Below, piece by piece: positions 18,886 to 32,085 of a stretch of 64,000 nt of DNA. The notes beneath the pieces were generated by a model. The model was not told where the DNA came from. It made no database searches and saw only the letters and a program-made list of their open reading frames with translations. Every line of letters starts with the position of its first letter. Position 1 is the first letter of the stretch. Source of the stretch: the human T2T-CHM13v2.0 reference genome, Homo sapiens; assembly GCF_009914755.1 (NCBI RefSeq), contig NC_060926.1. The stretch is one strand, 5' to 3'. A program made the translations under genes and the position numbers.

Positions 18886-20002
18886 TCATTAATGTTGCAT
18901 AGTTTTCAGTGTAGAGGTCTTACACACTTTTGTTTGATTTATTTTTATATATTTTATGTGAGTTGTTTTGCTACTATAAACATTTTTTAATTTTTATTTT
19001 GTTATATAGAAATTTGACTTTTTAATTCTAATAGCTTACAGAAACGTTTGGAATTTCTAAACATATAATGATGTCATTTGCAGAGTAATGTCATTTCAAT
19101 ACAATACATATATCAGCTTTATTCTAGGTATAGAATGTTAAAAAATATAAGACATGTCGAGTTCCCTCCCCCACCCATCTATATTTCCTTTGAGAAACTA
19201 TTCTTTCTGCTGAAAATACAGAGAACACACAGGGGATCAAAACTCTAAGCATATATGGAGCAGAAGAGAATACCGGAAAATAAACAAAAAAAGTAATTTT
19301 TTATTATGTGAAAACAGGACTTTCCCTTTCTATTGACAATCTTTATGAATATGGTTAACTTGGTTAATTACAAGTGTAGTAAGTGTTTATAGGTGAAATC
19401 AATGATGCGTGACATGACTGAGAATTGCACGTTATCAATTTTTACCTTTGTAAATTACTTCGGATATCCATAAAATGATTATTTAAGGAATGTATTGCAT
19501 GTTAAAACTGTCCTGTTTCTCATATATGAACAAAGTCACTAATAACTTCATAGTAATTCTTCTTATTATTAATTAAAATGTATTTTTGGTCTTTTGGTGG
19601 TGAGGCAATATGAAGAGGAACCCATGGGAATAAAAGACATATTATGTTGCACTTTTCTCAGAAAACGGTTTAATATAACTCATATTTGGAGCCTAGGAAT
19701 ACATTATGGGACTGTAGTCACAGTCAACATAAGCAGAAAATGTTGAATTTAAATAAAAATCACTATTTTCAAGTATCTCTTAAGCCTCCAATTTTTGTCC
19801 TAAAATGAGAATATTTAAATAGGCTGGCACCTCTGGATTATTTTGGCTAGTGATGTGTATTACGATCATTTTGTTCCACGTTTCATGCAACAAGACACTT
19901 CTGTAGAGAAAGTTAACATCGTGCTCCAGGGCCTTTACTCCTTGTACAGGACTGTGGGTTCCGAGTGGGGCAAAATGATGTAGAGTAGCCCCTCGTCCTG
20001 TG

Positions 20003-20137
20003 TCCCTTTATAAAACCATTAGATTTTGCTCTTTATAAAACCATGAGATCTCGTGAGGCATATTTGCTATCATGAGAACAGCACGGGAAAGGCCCGCCCC
20101 CATGATTCAGTTACCTCCTGCGGGTCCCTTTCATGAC
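20003..20137 (-). mobile_element. Internal fragment of a THE1 LTR, flanked by a 28-bp direct repeat
   Basis: CTTTATAAAACCATGAGATCTCGTGAG...CATGATTCAGTTACCTCC is THE1 antisense; flanks at 19975-20002 and 20138-20165 match 26/28. Confidence 0.85.
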
Positions 20138-20982
20138 ATGATGTAGAGTGGCCCCTCATCCTGTGCCTCTATCTAGAATTCTGACAAGCCATTTTCAAGG
20201 GAAGCTGGTAGCTAGAAAGGAGGAGGAAAGAGACAGAAAAGGTAAAGAACATTGGAGGCAGAAAACAGGGATATTAAGGGGAAATTAGAATTAAACTTAC
20301 AAGTAGGTGAATAGAACGGTGACACCTTCAAAGGAATGAGGCATATTTTTTTCTTCCCTCTTTCCTATAGTTTTCCCAACTTCATGCTAAAGTATATTCC
20401 AACACCACAGCTAGCCACATGTGGGCAAATGGTAGAAAATGAGGCCAGTCAAAAACAAGGAGAACAATAATTTGGACAAATATAACAAAAGAAATAAAAA
20501 GTAGTCAAATTTGTCACAACAGGTAAGGCCCTACCAGGCCTCCCCTCTGGGCTCGTAGTTGCCTTCTTTGGCATTTTCCAGTGGCTACCTCTGGGAGGGT
20601 TGTTGTAGAAGGCTGTGAACTTCAAAATAAAATACATTACGGAAAAATATAAAATGTTATTTTTGTGTCCATAAAAATAACTGGACATGTGAGACATAAG
20701 GGAAATTCCCTGTCTTCCAGAGAGAATATGAAGAAATGATTATTTATTGGCTATGAGTCAATGAATGATGGCCCTCCCATCCTCTTTGAGCTGATAAGGG
20801 CTAATGTCTGGTGTCAGTCTTCACCTGATGAGATGTCAATGGGAGACCAAATAGCAAGGCATGGGATGGTCACAGAAAGAAGAGGAGGACTAGAACCTGG
20901 AGGAGGGTGGACACAGGGAAATGTGGCATCGTGAGGAAGGGGACTGGATAGATCTGTGTAACCCTGGAGGGGAGGATCGGGA

Positions 20983-21345
20983 TATATTAGTCTGTTCTCA
21001 TGCTGCTAATAAAGACATACCTGAGAGTGGGTAATTTAGAAAGAAAAGAAGTTTAATGGACTCACAATTCCACATGGCTGGGGAGGCCTCACCATCACGG
21101 TGGAAGGCGAATGAGGAGCAAAGTCACGTCTTACATGGTGGAAGGCAAGAGGGAATGTGCAGGGAAACTGCCCTTTATAAAACCATCAGATCTTGTGAGC
21201 CATGTTCACTATCATGAGAACAGCTCAGGAAAGACCAGCCGCCATGATTCAGTTACCTCCCTCTGGTCCCTCCCAGCACACATGGGGATTATGGGAGCTG
21301 CAATTCAAGATGAAATTTGGGTGGAGACACAGCCAAACCATATCA
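20983..21345 (-). mobile_element. Solo THE1 LTR (THE1B/C-like)
   Basis: TATATTAGTCTGTTCTCATGCTGCT...ACACAGCCAAACCATATCA; 5-bp TSD CGGGA/TGGGA. Confidence 0.95.
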
Positions 21346-23346
21346 TGGGACAAATTGCCATAGGACAGCAGCATGTACCTCAAGAAAGGAGCAGCATAAT
21401 TTAATCAAAGGCTTGCAAAGTGGGAGTGAGAAGTCATGAGGGGAGATGAGCACAGAGGTGCATAGAGTTACAATAACAATCAAAGTACTGAATAGACACT
21501 GGAATAGGTCAGTGTTGAGGTCCTGCAGAACCAAGACCCCAGGACTCCTGGGGCACTAGTGAAGGGGGTTTAGACGGGCTTTGCTGTCCTAACCCTGGAA
21601 ACTCCTCTAGGCTGCTTTATAAATGCACAGAATGTGCCTAGATGGTCAGGTTCATTTACTTCTAAGTTTTTTCTTCTTGTCTAAATTATAACACAACTTA
21701 TGTGCTAAAACTATCACTATAAAAAATTATACCTATTTTTCCATCAGTTACCATTATTGGCCTGAAAGTTTCCATGCTTTAGTGTTTTCTGTCATTTTGG
21801 ATACATTTCTTTAAAAGTTGAAAAAAACAGTATGTATTTTATCACCTCAAAATTTAGAAACACACAACCCAAGTACACATGCATCCTCCCACACCTCAAT
21901 TTCTGGTGTAATTGCTGTTGGTTCACAGACCTCTAAAGCAGCATGAATCCAAATTTCACTACTCTGCATCACAGTATTTTATATTTTACTTATAAATATG
22001 AGTTATTTGACTACAGGTGAGAGGAAAAGAAAGGTAAAGTCAAAGAGCCACCGGACACACTGAATGACCAGAGCCCCAGTGAAAGGCCCGTAAGCAATTG
22101 CATTTCCAAAGGTGTGACTTACACAGGACTTCTCTGAGGCCCCGATTTTGTACAAGGTGACATTCAAATTTGCTTCTTCTCTGGTTTAGTCAAAACGTTT
22201 GTTTTTACACTATGTCTAAGCAACCCTGAATTTTTTGGGGTAATGAAAAGAGCACTAGGCTGGGAGGCAGGAGGCTGGCTCCTGCTCCAGGTCTAATGCT
22301 GCCCACTTGTGTGACCATCCCCTATGAAGCTGTAAGCCAGTGGTAAATGATCTGGGGGCTTGGTTCAAATTCCAGGTCTCACTCTGTCCACCTTTTAACC
22401 TGGGTGAGTTCCTTCCCTGTAAAGTGATGAGTCAGTAAGTTGTCTTTGAAACATGTTCCACGTTGGAAGTCAGAAGACCTCATGCCTTCCTGCTAGGTTT
22501 CCTCCAGGTTGAATATAAGGGCTTCGAAAAGTCCAACTCAACATGTTTTCTGTCCACAATAGTTTCTGCTTGTATGTTACTATAGAAAACTGTTTAATCT
22601 CAGGTGAACTTCTTCATTGTCCTCAACTAGTACAAGAAGAGAACTTCCTTCCAGCATTCGATGTGATGGTTAACTAAGAAAATAAATGTAAAGTGCTGAT
22701 CACAGTGTCTGTTGTGTACAAAACTCTCAGCAGACAGATTTTAAGACTGGACTTTTTTCTTGTAGGAGGAATGTTCAGAAAGGAAAAGAATTCATTAGAA
22801 ACATCTTTCTTTTAGCATATGTCATCTTATCTGTTCTAAGATGCTAAGGAGAATGGGAGGAATGTGTATATGAATATCGTATGCTTGTATATTTTGAATA
22901 TAAACACGTATTTGCATGTATGAGTGTCCATGTCCATATGCATGTGTATTATGTATATACTTATGTGTGTATATAGGTATTTATATGCTTTTTCCACACT
23001 TGTTGTTCTTGGCCTCTATTGTTTTGTAATCTGCACTTTTGAATTCTGGGCAACTGGGCCTTTTTCACTTCTGCCTGTTGCCCATCCAAATGATAAATAA
23101 ATAAAAAGACTTAAAACTCTTAAGCTGAATTTCACTTATTTCATGAAGCCGGTAATCTAGAAGTGATATCAGCCTAGGGCATCTAAGTGGAATTGCTTCC
23201 ACAAAGCAGTAGCACCAGCTTGCACACCAGCTAACACAATGACATCATTCGTAGCTGGAAACTTTGATAGCTCCTGTCTGTCACAGAGAAGATCAAGTTC
23301 AAACGTCTTGCCAGGGTATATCAGGCCATCCATGACTCAACCTCTC

Positions 23347-24004
23347 TGTGAAGGTGAATTTTATGTGTCAACTTGACTGCGCCATGGGTGCCCAGATGTT
23401 TGCTCAAACATTATTCTGGTTGTTTCTGTGAAGATGTTTTCTGATGAGATTAACATCTGAATTAGTAGACTTGGAAACACTGATTTCTCTCTCTAGCATG
23501 GGTGGGCCTCATCCAATCCATTGAAGGCCTGAATAGGACAAAAAGACCCTCTCTGGAGTAAGAGATAATTTTTCCTGCTTGGCAACTTTCCAAACTGGGA
23601 CATTGGCTCTTTTCTTTTCTTTTCTTTTCTTTTTCTTTTGGACTCAAACTAAAGCATTTGGTCTTCCTAGGTTGGTACTACACATCAGGTCTCCTGGTTC
23701 TCCAGCGTGCTGACTCACCCTGTGGATGGCTCTTTTCTTTTCTTTTCTTTTCTTTTCTTTTCTTTTCTTTTCTTTTCTTTTCTTTTTCTTTTTCTTTTGG
23801 ACTCAAACGAAAGCATTTGGTCTTCCTAGGTTGGTACTACACATCAGTTCTCCTGGTTCTCCAGCGTGCTGACTCACCCTGTGGATCCTAGGACTTGCCA
23901 GCCATGATAATCACATGAGCCAATTATGTATAATAAATCTGCTTATTCAACCCACACACAAACATATACACACACGTGTTTCTTTCTGCAGAACCCTGGC
24001 TGAC
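23347..24004 (+). mobile_element. MLT2 (ERVL) solo LTR with internal duplication
   Basis: TGTGAAGGTGAATTTTATGTGTCAACTTGACT..., GGGTGGGCCTCATCCAATCCATTGAAGGCCTGAATAG, ...GAACCCTGGCTGAC. Confidence 0.9.
23604..23885. repeat. Tandem duplication (123 + 159 bp) containing (TTTTC)n
   Basis: The 86-bp unique part differs at only 2 positions; the microsatellite is longer in copy 2. Confidence 0.95.
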
Positions 24005-24470
24005 GTGCTCTTCACCCTCATTAGTCAGCACCTCTGCCCTGAACTCCTCATTGCAGTCAACCACATTTAAGCAGATTCTGGAAGATGCCTTGTGGCCCCT
24101 TCTCTGTGCACCCTTGCCTTTGCCCCAAGATGGCCAGATTAGCTTCCGAATCCAGCTCAGGCTGTACTCCGCTTTGTGAAGTCGCCTTGGAACCCACCCC
24201 ACTCCCTCTGCTCTGTGCCTTGACCATACCTTTACGGATGCACCTTCCAACTCTGATGATTTTTGTATGACTATTGCATTCATTAGGCTATCTACCAAAC
24301 ATAGTGCCCAGAACCTTTGTGAGATGATTCCCTAAAAGACAGCTCATTGGGAGAGAGACTCCTGTCTGATTTATCTTTGTATGGTTTGATATTTTTTAGT
24401 CCATGCACGATTTACATCTAATGACATCATGCTATAATTTAGAATTATCTGTCCTACAAAAGGCAATGAC

Positions 24471-24774
24471 TTATTTAATTATTATTATTATTTTGAGATG
24501 GAGTCTGTCTATGTTGCCCAGGCTGGAGTGCAGTGGTGCTATCTCGGTTCACTGCAGCCTCTGCCTCCTGGGTTCAAGAAATTCTCCTGCCTCAGCCTCC
24601 TGAGTACCTGGGACTACAGGAGCATGCCATAAGGCCCAGCTAAGTTTTGTGTTTTTAGTAGAGACAGGGTTTCAACATGTTGGCCGGATTGGTCTTGATG
24701 TCCTAACCTTGTGATCCACCTGCCTCAGCATGCCAAAGTGCTGGGATTACAGGCATGAGCCACTGTGCCTGGCC
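24471..24774 (-). mobile_element. AluSc-like element with (TTA)n tail
   Basis: Full dimer ending GAGCCACTGTGCCTGGCC. Confidence 0.95.
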
Positions 24775-26322
24775 TAAATATTTTTAAGATGCATATCTTA
24801 TATCTTTCTGTTAATTGTAACCCCGCTGGCAGCATAAACCCTATGACCAAAGTACCTCACACAGTTGACTCAGTGTTAGCCCTATGATGGGACTAAATAT
24901 GTGTTGGTTGATTGATTTTGGCTCTTTGAGAAATTTTTCTACAATGATTTTTATGAGTCAGTATAAGTAATTAATGTCAGCTACCAATCCAATCATTTCT
25001 AAACTCTTGCTAGCCTTAGAAGCCTCCTAATTTCTGCTGTTTAACAACATCAAGCTTTTTACTCACCTCTAAAAATATTAACAAGTTATGGAAAGACTCA
25101 ACATATTTACCAAATATGTGAAATAAAATGTCTTTCTTTTATTTGTGGATTCTCTTTTGGTTTCAAATGTGAGAAAATATGCACAGGGGAAATGATGGAT
25201 GAGTTTATATCAGGTGTTAGGATTCTGATGGTTTATCTACACAATTTCCTCCATAATTTCCTGAAACTTTAAAAACTAATATTTTCCCTCAACATTCCAG
25301 GTATTGTTATTACCTTGAAGGACACAAGGTGAATAAAATATCAATTCTGCTCTGCTCTTGCTCAAAGACTGGAAAATTCTGATTCAAAATATCTAGACAA
25401 GAGGATTTGCTTGGCAACTTATAGTAGCAGCAAGAGCAAAGACCCACTGATACACATGAACTCATCATTTGTAAGTAAAATATCCTTCCTACGTGGCAAA
25501 AACCATTTCTACCTGAATAAGATGACCTTTTCTGGGGAAGCTTTCTACAATTTTGCTCCTAAGTGAGGAGATATGGGACATTCCCATTCATTAGCAACTT
25601 GGGGACAAAAAATGATTTTTTTTTCTTATTTTATTTTATTTTATTTTTCTGGCTGGTACTTAGGTAATTCTGCAGAAATCCCAATGTCAGATAACTAGTA
25701 CTGTCAGGTGCCCCAAAAGAATGCTTTTTAGGTTTGTCAGCATCTCAATCCCATGGCACAGTTGCTGCTCCTGGGATGGGGGCACTCTGCAAGCACAGCT
25801 GCCGGGTGGGCACTCTGGATCCAGCTCCATGGAGTCTCATTCTTCTGGAAAACCTGGCTGAAGAGTAAGTGGGAACAGGGACATAGAGAAAATAATTTGC
25901 CTGTCTTGTAACTCCCCATCTAATTCTAGGTAGAGATGATTGAGACAGTAGACTATATCCAAACATTAATCAACTCTGAAGATTAATTCCTGTGGTTGGC
26001 TATAAAGGGCTCTATTGAGGCATTAAAACCTAATGCCTCCACAAACCTTCAAGCAGTTAGACATCTGCGCAATTCTTTCAACCTCATGACCATTTATGTG
26101 AAAATGATGAAACAAAATGGTGAAAGGAGAAAATGCAATTACTTCTCACATATTTCCTCAACTCAGACAAGGAAAATTGTCAGACATGTTCATTGAAGTG
26201 TTAATCACACACCTTGCACAGAGGAGGGGATCATTATGGGTTAAGCTATAATTCTGTAAAAGAGTCATATGATGCTAGGTTACCTCAGTCATTGCAAGAC
26301 AATTTTGGGGGTCCATACAGTC

Positions 26323-26650
26323 CATTCATTTATTCATTCATTTGATGAGAAACTATGTGTGTGTTTCCACCGTGTGTCAGGCATCAATCATAGGTGCTAC
26401 AGCCACACATGCAAATAACACATAGTCCCTGTGTAATGGTATTTAGAGTATCAAAGGGAGACAGAGATGTATAAACAGATATGCATAACCAAAGTGTTGC
26501 AGTAAAAGACCATACAGGATGCAATGAGAACACAGAAGAACTAGAGGGAGGAGGCGGGGCTTCAGGGGAAAGATTTGTCAGGTGTCCTAGACGGGGGGAG
26601 GAGAGACACACGTCCAAGCAGAGCAGGTGGGGTAGCAAAGGCATGAACGT
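26323..26650 (-). mobile_element. L2 3' fragment, antisense
   Basis: CATTCATTTATTCATTCATTTG...GTGTGTCAGGCA followed by a purine-rich L2 body. Confidence 0.6.
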
Positions 26651-28214
26651 GTTACGTGCTTTTCTTGGATTCTTTCTACAATTTCAAATGCTTTCTGAAT
26701 TACCTACAGAAAGGGACCTATCTTTGCTGGGTGAGATCCAATAACTTGATCAGTGCAAACTTTTAAAAATAAGAATGAGTTTCAGACAACTAAATTTAAT
26801 TTCTATGTTTTCAGGTCAATAGTGGCTAGAGTGCTTGCATGTACTATGACCAAAGGAACATGCTTATATTCTGAAATACCATAAATTATTAATAAGATTA
26901 GATACTTTAAAAGTAATTTGAATTTATTAGATGGTTCGGCTGTAGCATAGCCTACCTGAGACAGTTTAATATAACTCTCAGCTGTAAATTCTGTACAGTT
27001 AATTGGGATTTGAATCCATATGAAAAAGAAGTTTGGAAACTTGTGCTGATAAAAATGTTTTCCACTGGAGAGGGTATGTACTGCATTCTCAATGGTCTAA
27101 GAGGATTGAGTGTTAACTTGAGAGAAAGGTTGCCAACAAGGGCTGTGACCGGTACACAGCATAAGGCATACCTGGCTGGAGCAGATGCAGTTACGAGACT
27201 TCTGGACTCTTCAGAAAAGAACAAGGACTTCTTTACCAGTTGCACAAATTTTATTCTATGAATGCTTGTCCTTCACAGATAAGCTCTCAATGTCTCTATA
27301 TGATTCAGCATTTTCAGGCTAAGTATAACCATGAAACCACAGATAAATTGATTACCATGAAAATATGTCCAATGTTTACAACAGCATCATGGTGACCACG
27401 AGATCCCTAATGCAACACCCAGAGTTCTCTCCTCCATCTTATGGTGATTCCAAGTCTAAATGCTCTTTCCAACAGGCAATGAAGATTTCCAGTGGAAGTT
27501 TCTGTTCAAGGAATACAGTGTGTTACACATTGAACAGAACCAGTAAGATCTGCAGAGATTTCAAGAATGAAATCTATAGAAAATTCTAAACATTTGGCTT
27601 AAAATTTTTCTCTATATTTAATTTACAGTTTGTGCCATTCCAATGACAAGGTGTGCTTTCTAAAAACAGGTGTCATAGATACTTCTTGATATTCTCTTCA
27701 TTGCTGATTACTGTTCTAGGGTCTTGGTAGACAATAATTATCTGCCAGTTCAATGAATGAATAAAATATATCCATGCTCATTGGAGAATAAGTGATGTTA
27801 CTAGACCATGCAAGTTGATTGACATGTGACCATCCTCCTTCAAAATAAGAAGTAGATTTACTTGATGAGGACATGGAGGATCAGAGGAAGACATCTAATG
27901 ACATGCAGATAACTAGAAAATAATCCTATAGCAATCCCGTGGCTAAGGGGCCATGGGTTATTCTTCCAGATAACCAGTGAATAGAAAAGGTATGGAATTT
28001 TGCTACTTTGTCACTTTTGTTTTGAGTAAAACCTTGGTATGAGAAAGCATCATCAAAATAGGTAACATATCTGACTCTTAACTAGTCAGCTATTCACAGA
28101 ACATGGGTATGGGAGAGACAACATGAGGGTTCCCTGAGGCTCTTAGCTCCATGATTGTTGAATGTTTCACTGTACCCACAATTACCAATTGTTCACGAGT
28201 CTGAGCATAGTAGG

Positions 28215-28594
28215 TAATATGGTCAGGCTCTGTGTGTCCCCACTGAAATCTCATCCTGAATTGTAATCTGAATTGTAATAATCCCCACATGTTGGGGGAG
28301 GGATCTTGTGGGAGGTAATTACATCACAGGGGCAGTTCCGCCATGCTGTTCTCATGGTAGTGAGTGAGTTCTCATGAGATCGGATGGTTTTATAAGGGTT
28401 TTTCCCTCACTTCGCTCAGCATTTCTCCTTGCTGCCACCATATGAAGGACATGTTTGCTTCCCTTTCAGCCATCATTGTAAGTTTCCTGGGGCCTCCCCA
28501 GCCCTGCAGAACTGTGAGTCAATTAAACCTCTTTCTTTTATAAGTTACCCAGTCTCAGGCAGTTATTTACAGCGCATGAGAACGGACTAAGACA
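28215..28594 (+). mobile_element. Solo THE1D-like LTR
   Basis: MaLR termini; TTGTAAGTTTCCTG segment typical of THE1D/MSTA; perfect TSD GTAGG (28210-28214 and 28595-28599). Confidence 0.93.
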
Positions 28595-28662
28595 GTAGGT
28601 TTGCGAGACAGTTATCAACAAATGCAAGCAAGGTGTCAGCTGTCAGAGGCACACATCATGGG

Positions 28663-31214
28663 TGTATGTTAGTTTCCTGGGACTGTCATAATAAGCACCA
28701 GTTGGGTGGCTTGACAGGACAAATGTTTATTCTTCCACCTTTCTGGAGGTCAGAAGTCAAAAATCAACGTTGTATTTGTTCTTTTTTATGCTGCTGATGA
28801 AGACATACCCGAAATTGGGTACAAAAAGAGGTTTAATTGGACTTACAGTTCCACATGACTGGGGAGGCCTCAGAATCATGGTGGGAGGTGAAAGGCACTT
28901 CTTACATGGCAGCAGTAAGAGAAAAATGAGGATGAAGCCAAAGTGGAAACCCCTGATACACCTATAAGATCTCGTGAGACTAATTTCACTATCACGATAC
29001 TAGCACGGGGAAGACCAGCCCACGTGATTCAATTACCTCCCCCTGGGTCCCTCCCACATGTGGAAATTCTGCGAGACACAGTTTGAGTTGAGATTTGGGT
29101 GGTGACACAGCCAAACAATATCATTCCACCCGGTCCCCTCCAAATCTCAAATCCTCACATTTCAAAACCAATCATGCCTTCCCAATAGTCCCCCAAAGTC
29201 TTAACTCATGTCAGCATTAAGCCAAAAGTCCACAGTCCAAAGTCTTATCTGAGACAAGGCAAGTCCCTTCCACCTATGAGCCAATAACATCAAAAGCAAG
29301 CTAGTTACTTCCTAGATACAATGCGGGTACAGGTATTGTGTAAACACAGCCGTTCCAAATGGGATAAATTGGCCAAGACAAAGGGGGTTACAGGGTCCTT
29401 GCAAGTCCAAAACGCAGGGGGGCAGTCAAATTTTAAAGCTCCAAAATGATCTCCTTTGACTCCATGTCTCACATCCAAGTCATGTGGATGCAAAAGGTTG
29501 GTTGCCATGGTCTTGGGCAGCTCTGCCCCTGTGGCTTTGCAGGATACTCACGGCTGCTTTCACTGTCTGGTGTTGAGTGCCTGCAGCTTTTCCAGGCACG
29601 TGGTGCAAGCTGTTGGTGGATCTACTGTTCTGGGGTCTGGAGGATGGTGGCCCTCTTCTCACAGCTCTACTAGGCAGTACCCCAGTAGGGACTCTGTGTG
29701 GGGGCTCCAACCCCACATATCCTTTCTGCACTGCCCTAGCAGAGGTTCTCCATGGGGGCCCCACTCCTGCAGCAAACTTTTGCCTGGACTTCCAGGCATT
29801 TCCATACATCTTCTGAAATATAGGCAGAGATTTCCAAACCTCAATTCTTGACTTCTGTGTACTGGCAAGCTCAATACCACGTGGAAGATGCCAAGCCTTG
29901 GGGCTTCCACCCTCTGAAGCCAAGGCTCGAGTTCTACCTTGGCCCCTTTCAGCCGTGGCTGTAGTGGCTGGGATGCAGGGCACCAAGTCCCTAGGCTGCA
30001 CACAGCATGAGGACCCTGGGCCCAGCCCATGAAACCACTTTTTCCTCCTGGGCCTTGGGCCTGTGGTGGGAGGGGCTGCCATGAAGGTCTCAGTCATGGC
30101 CTGGAGATATTTTCCCCATGGTCTCGGGGATTAATATCAGGCTCCTTGCTACTTAATGAAATTTCTGCAGCCGGCTTGAATTTCTCCTCAAAAACTGTTT
30201 TTATTATTTTCTTTTCTGCTGCATTGTCAGGCTGCAAATTTTCTGAATTTCTAGGCTGTTTCCCTTTGAAAATGGAATGGTTTTAACAGCACCCGAGTCA
30301 CCTTTAGAATGCTTTGCTGCTTGGAAATTTCTTCCACCAGATACCCGAAATCATCTCTCTCAAGCTCAAAATTCCACAAATCTCTAGAGCAGGGGACAAA
30401 TGCTGCCAGTATCTTTGCTAAAACATAACAAGAGTCATCTTTGCTTCAGTTCCCAATAAGCTCTTCATCTCCATCTGAGACCGTCTCAGCCTGGACCTTA
30501 TTGTCCATATTGCTATCAGCGTTTTGAGCAAAGCCATTCAACAAGTCTCTAGGAAGTTCCAAACATTCCCACATTTTTCTGTCTTCTTCTGAGCCCTCCA
30601 AACTGTTCCAACCTCTGCCTGTTACCCAGTTCCAAAATCACTTCCACATTTTCCAGTATCTTTTCAGCAGCACCCCACTCTACTGGTACCAATTTACCAT
30701 ATTGGTTCATTTTCACACTCCTGGTAAAGACATACCTGAAACTGGGAACAAAAAGAGGTTTAATTGGACTTACACTTCCAAATGGCTGGGGAGGCCTCAT
30801 AATAATGGCGGGAGGTGAAAGGCACTTCTTACATGGCAGAAGCAAGGGAAAAATGAGGAAACAAAAGTGGAAACCCCGGATAAACCCATCAGATCTTGTG
30901 AGACTTATTCACTGTCAAGAGAATGGCAGGGGAAAGACTGGCCCCCATCATTCAATTACCTCCCCCCTGGGTCCCTCCCACAACACATGGGAATTCTGGG
31001 AGATACAATTCAAGTTGAGATTTGGGTGGGGACACAGCCAAGGCATACCAAATGTGCCTGCAGGTCGGGTCCTTTGGAAGGTTCTGAGGGACTAGCCTAA
31101 CCACCTCATCTTAAATTGATTACACCTGCAAAAACCCTATTTCCAAATAAGGTCACATTAAAAAATACTGGGGGTTAGGACTTCAACATGTCATTTCTAG
31201 GAACACAGATCCAC
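28663..31214 (-). mobile_element. MLT1 (C/D-like) LTR split by the THE1A insertion (pieces 28663-28770 and 31051-31214)
   Basis: TTAGTTTCCTGGGACTGTCATAA...CTGGAGGTCAGAAGTC continues after THE1A with CTGCAAAAACCCTATTTCCAAATAAGGTCACATT...GGGGTTAGGACTTCAACA. Confidence 0.8.
28771..31050 (-). mobile_element. Full-length THE1A element: LTR 28771-29123, internal 29124-30697, LTR 30698-31050
   Basis: Two 353-bp LTRs in direct orientation, a ~1.57-kb THE1-int, and TSD AACGT/AATGT. The 205-aa minus ORF 29480-30097 is a relic of the internal region. Confidence 0.96.
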
Positions 31215-31329
31215 TGGTAGCCTGGTCCACAGGGCACTGGGATTCAGGGTGAGATACAAACAGGTCTCACTGCTCTCCAGCCTCACCTGGGATGGGCTTT
31301 CCTTCAGAAAGATGGTCCATGATTGCTAG

Positions 31330-31520
31330 AAGCAGTGCTCTGGAGTGGTTCTCTGATGAAGAAGCACACTGTGTTCTCTCTTTTTTTTGGTGGAGGTTGT
31401 GTTCTGTATCTCATCTGATGGTGGCTACACAAGCACACATGTGTAAAACTTCAACAAGCTGTACACTTATGGTTTGGTATTTTACTGTACATCACTGACA
31501 TCTCAAAGATGTTTAAAAAA
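31330..31520 (+). mobile_element. Old L1M 3' end
   Basis: GTTCTGTATCT...GGTGGCTACAC...TGTAAAACTTCAACAAGCTGTACACTTA...TTTACTGTA, followed by an A tail. Confidence 0.65.
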
Positions 31521-31729
31521 TGATGCTGGGCTTAATCTAGCACATATTTTCTGTGGCGTTTATACTACAGGAATCTGTACATGCCCTGATCTGACAGTGA
31601 GCCACGTCACTTTCTGACTTACACAATATCTTGCGTTCATATGTAGTAATCATATCCTTGAGTTAATTATATACATACCAGCAATGTTCTTTTTTCCCTG
31701 CATTATTCATATAGTAATTTTATTTACTT

Positions 31730-32070
31730 CATTTGTTCATTATTTGATTCATTATATGAGAGTTTACTATGCCCTAGATATTGTAGAAATTGCTGCAGAG
31801 GCAAAGATGACTCATACCTAGTGCCTGCCTTTGAAACACTCTCTAGTCACAGAGTCAGAGGAGAAACAGACAGTTATGTAACAAGTACAAGGCCACATCT
31901 GCAGACCACTGGGCACCAGAGGGGCCCCGGGGTAGGAGTCCTTAGCAGGCAGAGCTTGGCCAAGGCAGCAAAGGGAGGGATGTTTGAGTGAGGGCTGGAG
32001 ACAGAGAAATCTAATGATGGATGTAGGGGTCAGACAAATAGGTGAAGAATACAAAGGACGGATCGTGGGA
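31730..32070 (-). mobile_element. L2 fragment, antisense
   Basis: CATTTGTTCATTATTTGATTCA...TTTACTATGCCCTAG...CTCTAGTC...GAGAAACAGACAG pattern. Confidence 0.55.
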
Positions 32071-32085
32071 CAAAGATATATACAT

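Larger units (their letters stand above)
23270..24915 (+). mobile_element. L2 fossil interrupted by MLT2 and Alu
   Basis: L2-like segments at 23270-23346 and 24005-24400, plus a tail-like end TAAATATGTGTTGGTTGATTGA near 24900. Confidence 0.5.

Noticed and set aside
29480-30097. 205-aa ORF as a host gene
   Set aside because: Lies wholly inside THE1A-int; it is a retroelement relic.
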